Origin: a bacterium
Lineage (GTDB): Bacteria > Actinomycetota > Coriobacteriia > Coriobacteriales > CADBOM01
Assembly: GCA_024698685.1 (NCBI GenBank)
Contig: JAILQZ010000012.1
Span: 1-61,456 of the forward strand
Length of the DNA: 61,456 bases
Direction: 5' to 3'
Under the pieces are notes generated by a model. The model worked only from the letters and a program-made list of their open reading frames with translations, was not told where the DNA came from and made no database searches. This document shows, in pieces, positions 11,083-21,037 of this stretch. Made by a program: the position numbers and the translations under genes. Position 1 is the first letter of the stretch. Every line of letters begins with the position of its first letter.

Positions 11083-11820
11083 CTACATCCAGGGAGTCTT
11101 CACGTAGATATCGACAGGGAGGATCTCGAGGTCATCGAGGGGGTCCTCGTCGTCGCCATCGAGCGAAAGCCCCTCGTCCATCAGCGCCTTGACCTCCTCG
11201 GCGACGGAGCTGGTCGCCGTCACGAAGGCCAGCGGCAGTCCGCACTCGTGAGCCACTTCGGCGGCGAAGGGGATCGCGTCGAAGACGATGCTGGCGGTTG
11301 TGTCCACCCCAAGGTGCGTGTTGGCTGCGATGTCGGTGGCGCGCAGGCGGCTGATCTGCTCGATCTCGCGCAGCAGCTCGACGGTCTCGCTGACGCTGCG
11401 CGTCTGCAGCCTGCGCTGGTTGATGACGTAGATGAGGCGGTAGTCGTTCGCGGCGATGCGCTTGCTGAAGCGGCCGAGGGCGCTAGCGCCATCGGGATCG
11501 CCGCCAACGTCGATCAGCGCGATGCAGTCTCCGGCGGCTCCGCGTTCGATCGCGTTCATGATCGCGGGGCTCAGCGCGGGGTTGTCCAGCGTCGTGCCCG
11601 CGAAGTTCGGCGCGACCACCTCGACACCCGCATCCTCTAGCAGCTTGGTGGAGTCGGAGGCCCTGAAATAGGGGTTGACGATGTCGAGGTCGACGAGCAT
11701 GACGCGCTTGCCGTCGCGCGCGAGCTCGAGCGCCAGATTGATCGACAGGTTGGTCTTGCCGCAGCCATAATGCCCGGTGATCAGCGCGATTCCGCTCTCA
11801 AGCTCGTCCAAGAATCCCAT
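11083..11820 (-). CDS. MinD/ParA/CobQ-like P-loop ATPase
   Basis: GHYGCGKTN, DLDIVNPYFR, DVGGD motifs; AAGGAGG RBS. Confidence 0.85.
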   Translation of the reverse strand: MGFLDELESGIALITGHYGCGKTNLSINLALELARDGKRVMLVDLDIVNPYFRASDSTKLLEDAGVEVVAPNFAGTTLDNPALSPAIMNAIERGAAGDCIALIDVGGDPDGASALGRFSKRIAANDYRLIYVINQRRLQTRSVSETVELLREIEQISRLRATDIAANTHLGVDTTASIVFDAIPFAAEVAHECGLPLAFVTATSSVAEEVKALMDEGLSLDGDDEDPLDDLEILPVDIYVKTPWM

Positions 11821-11847
11821 CGAAGCCTCCTTCATAGCCAAAAACGG

Positions 11848-12729
11848 TTACAGGTAACATAGCATCGTAGGCTCGATCCAATACGCGAATTCCGTGTTCG
11901 GCGAGAACCGCTCAAGTTCCTTCATGCGCAGGTAGAGGTCGATTCCGTCGCCGACGTCATGCCAGAGGTCGGTGTAGGCGAAGTCGGCCGCGAGCCCCGG
12001 CAGCACGTGCTCGGCGAACTCGAAGGCATCAGCGCAGATGACGCGGATCTTCTCGCGCTCTTCGAACTGCGGGAGGATGTGTTCCTCGAAGAGCGCGATT
12101 ATGTCGCGGTTGATCTCGACGACGGTAACGCTTTCCACCTCGGGTTTGTGCGCGGCCATGTAGGCGAAATACCCCAGCCCAAGTCCGAAGGTCACGACGC
12201 GTCCCCGCGCTGCAGCGATAGCGCTGCGCTGCGAGGCGATCTCGTTGGGCGCCAGCGTCATCCATATCCTCCCGTTCTCGAGGATGCCCGGGAATTCGAA
12301 GGGCTCGTCGAAGAAGCCGATCTGCGCGATGACGCGCCCCTCCTCGGTGCAGACCATATCATCGCAGACAACCCCCTCGTAGGGCTCCAGCCGAAGCATC
12401 TCGAAGCGCCCGGTGCCGCGCTGCACCTGAGGAAGCGCGATGTTGGCGAAGTAGGGGTCGCTGCGGAATTCGCTCGCATCGAGCTGATGGATCATCTGCG
12501 GGAAGTAGTTCGCGTAGAACTCCGCGTCGGCGGGCTTGTCGGCGACATCGAGTCCGAGCAGCCCCGCCAGCGCCAGCGAGAAAGCCTCCTCCTTCGTGAT
12601 GCCGAACTCGAGCAGCGGCTCGATGTCCTCCGCGCCAAGGCTTTGAGGTGCGTCGTTGAGGTACATGCTCAGCAGGTTGAGCATCCTGTCGTTTTCAAGC
12701 ATCACTATGTCGCTTGCACTGCCTGGCAT
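11848..12729 (-). CDS. Spermidine-synthase-like SAM-dependent methyltransferase-fold protein
   Basis: WMTL.PNE, FGLGLGY, VTVVEIN, ADAF, TDLW motifs; start uncertain. Confidence 0.7.
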   Translation of the reverse strand: MPGSASDIVMLENDRMLNLLSMYLNDAPQSLGAEDIEPLLEFGITKEEAFSLALAGLLGLDVADKPADAEFYANYFPQMIHQLDASEFRSDPYFANIALPQVQRGTGRFEMLRLEPYEGVVCDDMVCTEEGRVIAQIGFFDEPFEFPGILENGRIWMTLAPNEIASQRSAIAAARGRVVTFGLGLGYFAYMAAHKPEVESVTVVEINRDIIALFEEHILPQFEEREKIRVICADAFEFAEHVLPGLAADFAYTDLWHDVGDGIDLYLRMKELERFSPNTEFAYWIEPTMLCYL

Positions 12730-12893
12730 TCTGTCCGTCCTGCGCTCCTTGCCAATCCGCATAGGCACTCGGGGCCAACGCGGGAAACCCTCTCCCAAGC
12801 TCGTGCGCCCACCCTGCTGATTATAGCCCTGAAAACTCGCCGAGTTGGATGCGCGGGCATCGAGCAACTGCGCTATACTGCTAATACCGCGAA

Positions 12894-12978
12894 GCCCGGG
12901 TGGCGGAATGGCAGACGCGGAGGTCTCAAAAACCTCTACCTTCGTGGTGTGTGGGTTCGACTCCCACCCCGGGCACCA
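12894..12978 (+). tRNA. tRNA-Leu(CAA)
   Basis: Acceptor GCCCGGG/CCCGGGC, D-loop GGAATGGCAGAC, anticodon arm GAGGT-CTCAAAA-ACCTC, long variable arm, GGTTCGACTCC, encoded CCA; TATACT at 12874. Confidence 0.97.
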
Positions 12979-12987
12979 AGCTCATGC

Positions 12988-13017
12988 AGCGCTGCCGAGA
13001 GGCGGCGCTTTCTCTTT
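12988..13017 (+). terminator. Intrinsic terminator of tRNA-Leu
   Basis: AGCGCTGCC-GAGA-GGCGGCGCT then T-rich tract. Confidence 0.75.
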
Positions 13018-13111
13018 GAGGGAGCAGGGGGCATCGAGAGCCAGCCCCTCTCTTTGAATTCAAGCGTGGTATATTGTTCTAGCCATGGTTTTTCGCATGA
13101 AGGAGTGAATT

Positions 13112-13666
13112 ATGGGCATCTACGACTACACGGTCAAAGCGCAAGACGGAAGCGATGTTTCGCTCGCCGATTACAAGGGCAAGGTCGTCCTGATCATGAA
13201 CACCGCCACGGGCTGCGGATTCACCCCGCAGTACGAGATACTCCAGCAGCTCTACGAGAGGTACAACGACAAGGGCTTCGAGATACTCGACTTCCCGTGC
13301 AACCAGTTCGGCCAGCAGGCGCCGGGCAGCGACGATGAGATCCACGAGTTCTGCACCTGCAAGTTCGGCGTGACCTTCCCGCAGTTCAAGAAGGTCGACG
13401 TCAACGGCCTCACCGCAGATCCCCTGTGGGCCTACATCACCTCGACCACCAAGTTCGAGAAGTTCACCGACGTGCCGCAGAACGAGCCCGTTGCCAAGCA
13501 GATGGAGCAGGTTGCGGAGATGATGGATCCCGACTGGAAGAACAACGGGAACATCAAGTGGAACTTCACCAAGTTCCTCTATGATCGCGACGGCAACTTC
13601 GTCGGCCGCTACGAGCCGCTGATCAGCTTCAACACGATCGCCGCCGACATCGACAAGGTCATCTAG
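13112..13666 (+). CDS. Glutathione peroxidase family (Cys type)
   Basis: NTATGCGFTPQY, FPCNQFG.Q, IKWNFTKFL. Confidence 0.95.
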   Translation: MGIYDYTVKAQDGSDVSLADYKGKVVLIMNTATGCGFTPQYEILQQLYERYNDKGFEILDFPCNQFGQQAPGSDDEIHEFCTCKFGVTFPQFKKVDVNGLTADPLWAYITSTTKFEKFTDVPQNEPVAKQMEQVAEMMDPDWKNNGNIKWNFTKFLYDRDGNFVGRYEPLISFNTIAADIDKVI

Positions 13667-13701
13667 GCTGCCAGCAACGCCATCGGCAACAAGCAGCAGC
13701 G

Positions 13702-13743
13702 AGCCGGGCTCATCCGCGTATTTGCATGATGGGTCCGGTTTTT
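13702..13743 (+). terminator. Intrinsic terminator after peroxidase
   Basis: AGCCGGGCTCATC..GATGGGTCCGGTT TTT. Confidence 0.65.
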
Positions 13744-13860
13744 GCACGCATGTGCATTTGTGGTTCGGGATAGTTGCCAAGTGCAATTCAACGCCAAATG
13801 GCCAACTATCCATCAAGGCCGCCCTCGCTGGCGGCCTTGCTTTGAAATACCATATGCAGC

Positions 13861-14877
13861 ATGGACAGCAAGAAGCATGGCAAGATCGGCATACTGATCA
13901 TCAACACCGGCACTCCCGATGACCCCAGCATCGAGGCCATTCAGAGGTATCTTGCCGAGTTTCTCATGGATCCGATGATCATCTCGGTGCCGCGCCCGAT
14001 CTGGCGCCCCATCCTCAATCTCTTCATCCTACCGCGACGCCCCAAGAAAACGATAGCGAGCTATCGGAAGATCTGGACCGAGAACGGCTCTCCCTTCACC
14101 CTCACATCCCAAGCGCAGCGCGATCTGCTCGCCGAAGAGCTTGCAAAGCGCGGCTTCAATGGGGGAGATTTCGAGGTTGGACTAGCAATGCGCTACGGTT
14201 CGATGAGCGTTGGGAAGGCGCTTTCGCAGCTCGAGAGCGCGGGCTGCGGCACCATCGTCGCCCTGCCGCTTTTTCCCCAGGAGACCAGGGCAACCGTCGG
14301 CACGTGCCTGAAGAAGGTTCGCGATGAGCTTGCCAAAGCAGCCAAGGGCGGTTGGAAGCCCGAGCTCATCGAAATCCCCTCGTATTCCGACCAACGTCCC
14401 TATATCGATGGCATGGTCGAGCTGATAGAGAGGCAATGGAACTACGAGCCGGGGTCGAAGCTGCTCTTCTCGTTCCACTCGACGCTCGTCGCGGACATCG
14501 AGGCGGGCGATCCCTATTGCGACCAGATCGAACCCGTCACCAAGGCGATAGCCTCTCGGCTCGGTATCGCGAGCGACGATTGCGCCATAGGCTACCAGTC
14601 GCGATTCGACACCCGCAAGTGGCTAAAGCCCTCAGTCGAGTCCGTTCTTGCCAGATGGGTCGATGCCGGCGCCAAGAACGTCGCAATCGCCTTCCCCGGC
14701 TTCGTGGCGGATTGCATCGAGACGCTCGTGGAGATTCCGCGCGTTGTCGAGGAGCTGCGCGCCGCGAAACCCGCTGCGCGTGAAGTCGAGTTCACCTATG
14801 TGAGCGCCCTGAACGAATCCCCGCAGCACATCGAGGCCCTCGCCAACGCCATCGAGGATGCGGTCTCTAACAGCTAG
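13861..14877 (+). CDS. hemH: Ferrochelatase
   Basis: NTGTP, RYL.EFLMDP, AMRYG, LPLFPQ, FSFHS, YQSRF..WL.P, FVADCIETL. Confidence 0.93.
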   Translation: MDSKKHGKIGILIINTGTPDDPSIEAIQRYLAEFLMDPMIISVPRPIWRPILNLFILPRRPKKTIASYRKIWTENGSPFTLTSQAQRDLLAEELAKRGFNGGDFEVGLAMRYGSMSVGKALSQLESAGCGTIVALPLFPQETRATVGTCLKKVRDELAKAAKGGWKPELIEIPSYSDQRPYIDGMVELIERQWNYEPGSKLLFSFHSTLVADIEAGDPYCDQIEPVTKAIASRLGIASDDCAIGYQSRFDTRKWLKPSVESVLARWVDAGAKNVAIAFPGFVADCIETLVEIPRVVEELRAAKPAAREVEFTYVSALNESPQHIEALANAIEDAVSNS

Positions 14878-14939
14878 CCCTGCAAGATAAGGGGCGCCCG
14901 CCAGGCGCCCCCAGTGCTTTAAGCCTATGCTCCGGCAAG

Positions 14940-15560
14940 CTATCCCTCCAGGATCTTGCGCGCGGCTTCCTTCTGCTCGATCAACGTGGCCATCTTGCAG
15001 GAATGCTCCAGCGAGGAGATGAGCTGGAGAGCGCTGCCGAGGCTCTTGGCGATGCAGAATGGCCCGTGGTTGCGGATGACCGCGATATTGCGCCCTGCCT
15101 CCACGAGATCGGCCATCTTCTGCGCGACTTCGGGGCTGCCGATGGTCTGCTTGGCCGTGATGACGGGCGTGGGCTCGGGCAGCAGGTACTTGCACTCGGA
15201 GTCGACAGAGGCGATCTCGTCGGAATAGAGCGAGAGCAGGGTGGTGTAGGCGGTGTGCGCATGGACGATCGCGCGCTGGCCGAACTCCTCGTCGGCAGCC
15301 GCGCATCTGCGGGCCATCGCGCGGTAGATGGCGCGGTGGACGATCAGCTCGCTCGAGCAATCCGCATCGCGCGGGTCCTCGTCGAGCCCTGTGCAGATCA
15401 CGTCACCGGCGCCGAGCCTTCCGAGCTGCGATCCCGTTCGCGTGATCCAGATGCTCTCCCCGTCGCACATGGAGAGGTTGCCGCCGTGGCTCGTTACAGC
15501 TCCAGAGAGGAAGAGGTCGCGCCCGATCTCGCCGAAGAGTTCGTCCATAGTGCTGGTCAT
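14940..15560 (-). CDS. Class II aldolase/adducin family protein
   Basis: GGNLS, ITRTGS, SSE..VH, IVHAH, NHG metal ligands. Confidence 0.88.
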   Translation of the reverse strand: MTSTMDELFGEIGRDLFLSGAVTSHGGNLSMCDGESIWITRTGSQLGRLGAGDVICTGLDEDPRDADCSSELIVHRAIYRAMARRCAAADEEFGQRAIVHAHTAYTTLLSLYSDEIASVDSECKYLLPEPTPVITAKQTIGSPEVAQKMADLVEAGRNIAVIRNHGPFCIAKSLGSALQLISSLEHSCKMATLIEQKEAARKILEG

Positions 15561-15850
15561 CTGCACATCCTTTCGCAATCCAACGCGCGCCGCAAAAGTG
15601 CGCCACGGCTATATGATACTCCTTCGAAAGCGCCGCTCAAACGCGGGAATCCGCGCCCGAAGGGCGTGCAGCGAACCGCTTGCGTGAACACGTGCGTTAA
15701 ACAACTTATGGCACGCTCAAAATTCAGCTGCACTGTGCAAAAATAACGGATTATGTGCATCGCACCAACCAAGGCATTTCATGCGCTGCATACGGTGTGA
15801 ATTATATGCAACGCATGCGTAGGAAATTGGAAACAGGAAGAGAGGCTATC

Positions 15851-16057
15851 ATGATCAGGATTGTGGTTGATAGCAAGTACTGCAAGGGATGCGGGCTATG
15901 CGTCAGCGTGTGCCCGAAGAAGATCCTCGAGCTCGACGCTTCCGTCATCAGCGAGAAGGGCTACCATCCCGTAAGGTGCATCGACGAGTCGCAGTGCGTC
16001 GGTTGCATGAGCTGCATGACGATGTGCCCGGACATCGCGATTCAGGTAGTGAGGTGA
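15851..16057 (+). CDS. 2x[4Fe-4S] ferredoxin, delta subunit of 2-oxoacid:ferredoxin oxidoreductase
   Basis: CKGCGLCVSVCP and CVGCMSCMTMCPD; first gene of operon. Confidence 0.92.
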   Translation: MIRIVVDSKYCKGCGLCVSVCPKKILELDASVISEKGYHPVRCIDESQCVGCMSCMTMCPDIAIQVVR

Positions 16058-16061
16058 CGAG

Positions 16062-17174
16062 ATGGTGCAGAATAAGGACAAGGTGCTGATGAAGGGTAAC
16101 GAGGCACTCGCCGAGTCCGCCGTCCGCGCGGGCTGCAGGTTCTTCTTCGGCTACCCGATCACCCCCCAGACCGAGGTCTCCGCATACCTCTCGAAGACGA
16201 TGCCGAAGGTCGGCGGACTCTTCCTGCAGGCCGAGTCCGAGGTTGCAGCAATCAACATGGTCTACGGCGCGGCCTCCGCAGGCGCTCGCGTCATGACCTC
16301 CTCGTCCTCGCCGGGCATCAGCCTCAAGAGCGAGGGCATCTCCTACATGTGCGGCGCCGACATGCCCTGCGTCATCATCAACGTCATGCGCGGCGGCCCG
16401 GGCCTCGGCGGCATCCAGCCCTCGCAGGCCGACTACTACCAGGCCACGCGCGGGCTCGGCCATGGCGACGCGTTCCTCATCGTCTACGCCCCCTCCACCG
16501 TTCAGGAGATGGCCGACTACGTGTACGCGGCATTCGACAAGGCCGACGAGTATCGCACCCCGGTGCTCATCCTCTCCGACGGCATGCTCGGCCAGATGAT
16601 GGAGCCGGTCGTTCTTCCCGAGCCGAAGGACGCCCCCACCGACAAGCCTTGGGCGACCACCGGCACCAAGATGGCGCGCAAGCACAACGTCACCAACTCG
16701 CTCTACCTCGACCCGCAGGAGCTCGAGGACACGATCGTCGAGCGTCAGGAGCGCTACAACAAGGTCAAGGAGAACGAGCAACGCTATGACGCGTACCTCA
16801 CCGAGGACGCCGACATCGTGGTCGTGGCCTACGGAGCCACCGCGCGCGTTGCCCGCAACGCCGTCAACGCCGCCCGTGCCAAGGGCATCAAGGCCGGCCT
16901 CCTCAGGCCGATCACCCTCTGGCCCTTCCCCGAGAAGATTCTCACCGAGCTCGCCGAGACCGCCAGCTCGTTCCTCTGCGTCGAGATGTCGATGGGCCAG
17001 ATGATCGATGACGTTCGCCTTTCGATCCACGACAGCAAGCCGGTCAACTTCTTTGGCCATACCGGCGGAATCATCCCGACGCCCGACGAGGTTCTCGCAT
17101 GCATCGAGAAGTCCGCGGCGGGGGAGACCTTCAACGTCGTTCCGTACAAGAGCAAGATGAAAGGGGGCGAGTAG
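16062..17174 (+). CDS. vorB: 2-oxoacid:ferredoxin oxidoreductase alpha subunit (VorB-like)
   Basis: KGNEA.AE, FFGYPITPQTE, QAESE, TSSSSPGISL, RGGPGLG. Confidence 0.88.
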   Translation: MVQNKDKVLMKGNEALAESAVRAGCRFFFGYPITPQTEVSAYLSKTMPKVGGLFLQAESEVAAINMVYGAASAGARVMTSSSSPGISLKSEGISYMCGADMPCVIINVMRGGPGLGGIQPSQADYYQATRGLGHGDAFLIVYAPSTVQEMADYVYAAFDKADEYRTPVLILSDGMLGQMMEPVVLPEPKDAPTDKPWATTGTKMARKHNVTNSLYLDPQELEDTIVERQERYNKVKENEQRYDAYLTEDADIVVVAYGATARVARNAVNAARAKGIKAGLLRPITLWPFPEKILTELAETASSFLCVEMSMGQMIDDVRLSIHDSKPVNFFGHTGGIIPTPDEVLACIEKSAAGETFNVVPYKSKMKGGE

Positions 17175-17175
17175 G

Positions 17176-17952
<777 letters not shown>

Positions 17953-17953
17953 A

Positions 17954-18487
17954 ATGGCAACCACCAGCGTTCTCCTCTCCGGCTTCGGCGGCCAGGGACT
18001 GCTTTTCGCCGGCAAGATGCTCGCATATTCCGGCCTCATGGAGAACAAGGAGGTCAGCTGGCTTCCCTCCTACGGCCCTGAGATGCGCGGCGGCACCGCA
18101 AGCTGCTCCGTGGTCATCTCCGACGAGCCCGTCGGCTCGCCGCTCGTCCTTGAGCCGGACATCCTCATCGCGATGAATCGCCCGTCGTTCCTGAAGTACA
18201 TCGGCACCGTCAAGCCTGGCGGGATCGCCATCATCGACTCGACGATGGTCGAGGATCGCCCCGAGCGCGACGACATCAGCTTCTACGCCGTTCCCGCGAC
18301 CCAGCTCGCTCAGGATTCGGGCCTCAAGGGCCTCGCCAACGTCATCCTGATCGGCAAGCTGGTCAAGGAGTCGGGCTGCGTCACCCCCGAGTCGCTCCAG
18401 GCTGCAGTGCCCAAGTGCGTATCCGCCAAGAGGCAGGAGCTCGTAGGCTACAACATGCAGGCGCTCGAGATCGGACAGGCGCAATAG
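17954..18487 (+). CDS. 2-oxoacid:ferredoxin oxidoreductase gamma subunit
   Basis: GFGGQG, PSYGPEMRGGTA. Confidence 0.93.
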   Translation: MATTSVLLSGFGGQGLLFAGKMLAYSGLMENKEVSWLPSYGPEMRGGTASCSVVISDEPVGSPLVLEPDILIAMNRPSFLKYIGTVKPGGIAIIDSTMVEDRPERDDISFYAVPATQLAQDSGLKGLANVILIGKLVKESGCVTPESLQAAVPKCVSAKRQELVGYNMQALEIGQAQ

Positions 18488-18588
18488 CGTAGCGGCAGAA
18501 TCGAAACTGGATTGCGGCGCCGCGTTAGCAGTAGAATGCAGATGCGGCGCCGCAGCTATATCGGAATCTCACCAAGGGAGGCGAGATC

Positions 18589-19170
18589 ATGAAGGAGAAA
18601 CTCAGCGAGCAGGAGAGGTTCAAGCAGCTGGCGATGAGGATCGCCGGGATCCGCGATGCCTGCGGCTATGAGGTCGAGGAGTTCGCGGAGATGCTGGAGG
18701 TGCCCCTCGAGACCTACTTGAAGTACGAGGAGACCGGCTACGACGTGCCCATCAGCACGCTGTTCCACATCGCCTCAATATGCGAGGTCGACCTCTCGGA
18801 GCTGATGACCGGCATCTCGGCGAAGCTCGACACCTACCAGGTCGTTCGCGCTGGCACCGGCAGGGAGGTCGAGAGGCTTCCGGGCTATCACTTCCAAGAT
18901 CTCGCCGATCGCTTCGCCGACAAGGTCTTCCAGCCGCTTCTCGTCACGATCAACCCCAACGACGCCGATGCCGAGCTCGTCTCGCACGCGGGCCACGAGT
19001 TCAACTACGTGCTCGAAGGGACGATCGTCCTCGTGCTGGCCGACCGCGAGCTCGCCCTCAACGCAGGCGACAGCGTCTACTTCAACCCGCAGATGCCCCA
19101 CGGGCAGCGCTGCGGCAGCGACGAGCCCGCCAAGTTCATCACGATCATCACCGAGAAGGCGATCGACTAG
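18589..19170 (+). CDS. XRE-family HTH + cupin transcriptional regulator
   Basis: N-terminal HTH (YLKYEETG.DVPIS.L), cupin H.G.EFNYVLEG..GDSVYF..PHG. Confidence 0.9.
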   Translation: MKEKLSEQERFKQLAMRIAGIRDACGYEVEEFAEMLEVPLETYLKYEETGYDVPISTLFHIASICEVDLSELMTGISAKLDTYQVVRAGTGREVERLPGYHFQDLADRFADKVFQPLLVTINPNDADAELVSHAGHEFNYVLEGTIVLVLADRELALNAGDSVYFNPQMPHGQRCGSDEPAKFITIITEKAID

Positions 19171-19209
19171 CCAGCCCACCCGCCTTCGCAGAGGAACGAA
19201 AGAATTCAA

Positions 19210-20901
19210 ATGGATCATATCCTGTCGAAATATTGCCCGCGCATCGAGTTCGATTCCTACGAGGACTTCTTCGAGAACTTCAGGATCGATGTGCCTAAGG
19301 ACTTCAACTTCGGCTACGACGTCATCGACGAGTGGGCGCGCGTGGAGCCCGAGAAGAAGGCGCTGCTGTGGTGCGATGACCACGGCGCCGAGCGCGAGTT
19401 CACCTTCACCGAGATCTCGCAGCTCTCGAATCGCATGGCCAACTCGCTGAGGTCGCTCGGCATCGGCAAGGGTGACGTCGTCCTGCTCATCCTGCGCCGT
19501 CGCTGGGAGTATTGGATCACCGCCGTCGCGCTGCACAAGCTCGGCGCCATCCTGATCCCCGGCTCGCTGCAGCTGACGAAGAAGGACATCGTCTACCGCG
19601 CCTCCTCCGCAGACGTCAAGATGATGATCTGCGTCGCCGACGATTACGTCATCGAGCAGACCGAGGCAGCCTTGCCCGAGGTGCCAAGCGTGCTCAACAA
19701 GGTCATTGTGGCCGGCAGCAGGGAGGGCTGGATCTCATATGATGAGCTGCTCGAGGGCGGCAGCCCCGAGTTCGAGCGTCCCATCGGAGACCAGCGCACC
19801 TGCAGCTCCGACACGATGCTCATCTATTTCACCTCGGGCACGACTGGCATGGCCAAGATGGTCATGCACAGCTTCGCCCATCCGCTGGGCCACATCATCA
19901 CCGCGAAGTATTGGCAGCAGGTGCGCGAGAACAAGCTGCATCTTTCCGTCTCCGATTCTGGCTGGGCCAAGTTCGGCTGGGGCAAGATCTACGGGCAGTG
20001 GATCGCCGGCGCTGAGCTCTTCGCCTACGACATGGACAAGTTCGTCCCGACTCGGCTCCTCCAGAAGATGCAGGACTACAAGCTGACCACCTTCTGCGCT
20101 CCGCCGACGATGTACCGCTTCATGCTGCAGGAGGACGTGGCCTCCTACGACCTCTCGTCGATCGTCAACTTCGCAACAGCCGGCGAGCCTCTCAACCCCG
20201 AGGTCACGAAGCAGTGGCGCGAGGCCACGGGCAAGACGATCCGCGAGGGGTTCGGCCAGAGCGAGGGGCCGGTGCTGCTCGCCAACTTCCCGTGGATCGA
20301 GCCGAAGCCCGGCTCGATGGGCAAGCCCTCGCCGCTGCTCAACATCAAATTGCTCGACGACGATGGCTTCGAGTGCGAAGACGGCGAGGAGGGCGCGATC
20401 TGCGTCACCCGTCTGCGCGAGGCTTACCCGCCAGGGCTCTTCGTCGGCTACTATAGGAATCCCGAGATGACCGCTGAGGCGGTTGGCGGGGATGTCTACA
20501 ACCTGCATGACATGGCCTGGCGCGATCCCGACGGCTACTTCACCTTCATCGGCCGCAACGACGACGTCATCAAGTGCTCGGGCTACCGCATCGGTCCGTT
20601 CGAGGTGGAGAGCGCGCTCATCGAGCATCCCGCCGTCGTCGAGTGCGCCGTCACCGCTGCTCCCGACCCGATTCGAGGCAACGTCGTCAAGGCGACGATC
20701 GTCCTCGCAGCGGGCTACGAGCCGAGCGACGGGCTCGTCAAGGAGCTGCAGACGCACGTCAAGAAGGCCACGGCTCCCTACAAGTATCCGCGCATCGTGG
20801 AGTTCGTCGACGAGCTGCCGAAGACGCTTGGCGGAAAGATCAAGCGCGCGCTGCTCCGCAAGGAGGCCGAGGAGGCCGCAAAGGCCGCTGAGAAGCTCTA
20901 G
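19210..20901 (+). CDS. AMP-forming short/medium-chain acyl-CoA synthetase
   Basis: YFTSGTTGMAK, EGFGQSE, GRNDDVIK.SGYRIGPFEVE, LPKT..GKI. Confidence 0.93.
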   Translation: MDHILSKYCPRIEFDSYEDFFENFRIDVPKDFNFGYDVIDEWARVEPEKKALLWCDDHGAEREFTFTEISQLSNRMANSLRSLGIGKGDVVLLILRRRWEYWITAVALHKLGAILIPGSLQLTKKDIVYRASSADVKMMICVADDYVIEQTEAALPEVPSVLNKVIVAGSREGWISYDELLEGGSPEFERPIGDQRTCSSDTMLIYFTSGTTGMAKMVMHSFAHPLGHIITAKYWQQVRENKLHLSVSDSGWAKFGWGKIYGQWIAGAELFAYDMDKFVPTRLLQKMQDYKLTTFCAPPTMYRFMLQEDVASYDLSSIVNFATAGEPLNPEVTKQWREATGKTIREGFGQSEGPVLLANFPWIEPKPGSMGKPSPLLNIKLLDDDGFECEDGEEGAICVTRLREAYPPGLFVGYYRNPEMTAEAVGGDVYNLHDMAWRDPDGYFTFIGRNDDVIKCSGYRIGPFEVESALIEHPAVVECAVTAAPDPIRGNVVKATIVLAAGYEPSDGLVKELQTHVKKATAPYKYPRIVEFVDELPKTLGGKIKRALLRKEAEEAAKAAEKL

Positions 20902-20943
20902 AATCGCCGCTAAGGCCCGATATCTTCATTGTTGTGAAACTAT

Positions 20944-20979
20944 AAGGCGCTGGCTCCAAAACGGAACCAGCGCCTTTTT
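20944..20979 (+). terminator. Intrinsic terminator between convergent acyl-CoA synthetase and Mop-1
   Basis: AAGGCGCTGG..CCAGCGCC TTTTT. Confidence 0.75.
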
Positions 20980-21037
20980 CATTGCGAGCCCGATTGGGCT
21001 TTGCCAGCGTATGGAGCGGTGTTGCCGCCGTTCGCCT

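Noticed and set aside
12894-12978. tRNA-Leu as an integration site
   Set aside because: No integrase and no duplicated tRNA 3' end seen.
13112-13666. Selenocysteine in the peroxidase or Mop-associated genes
   Set aside because: The active-site codon is TGC and no in-frame TGA interrupts these ORFs.
15780-15820. Rex-like box (GTGTGAATTATATGCAAC) upstream of the vor operon
   Set aside because: Only one half-site matches; too weak to call.
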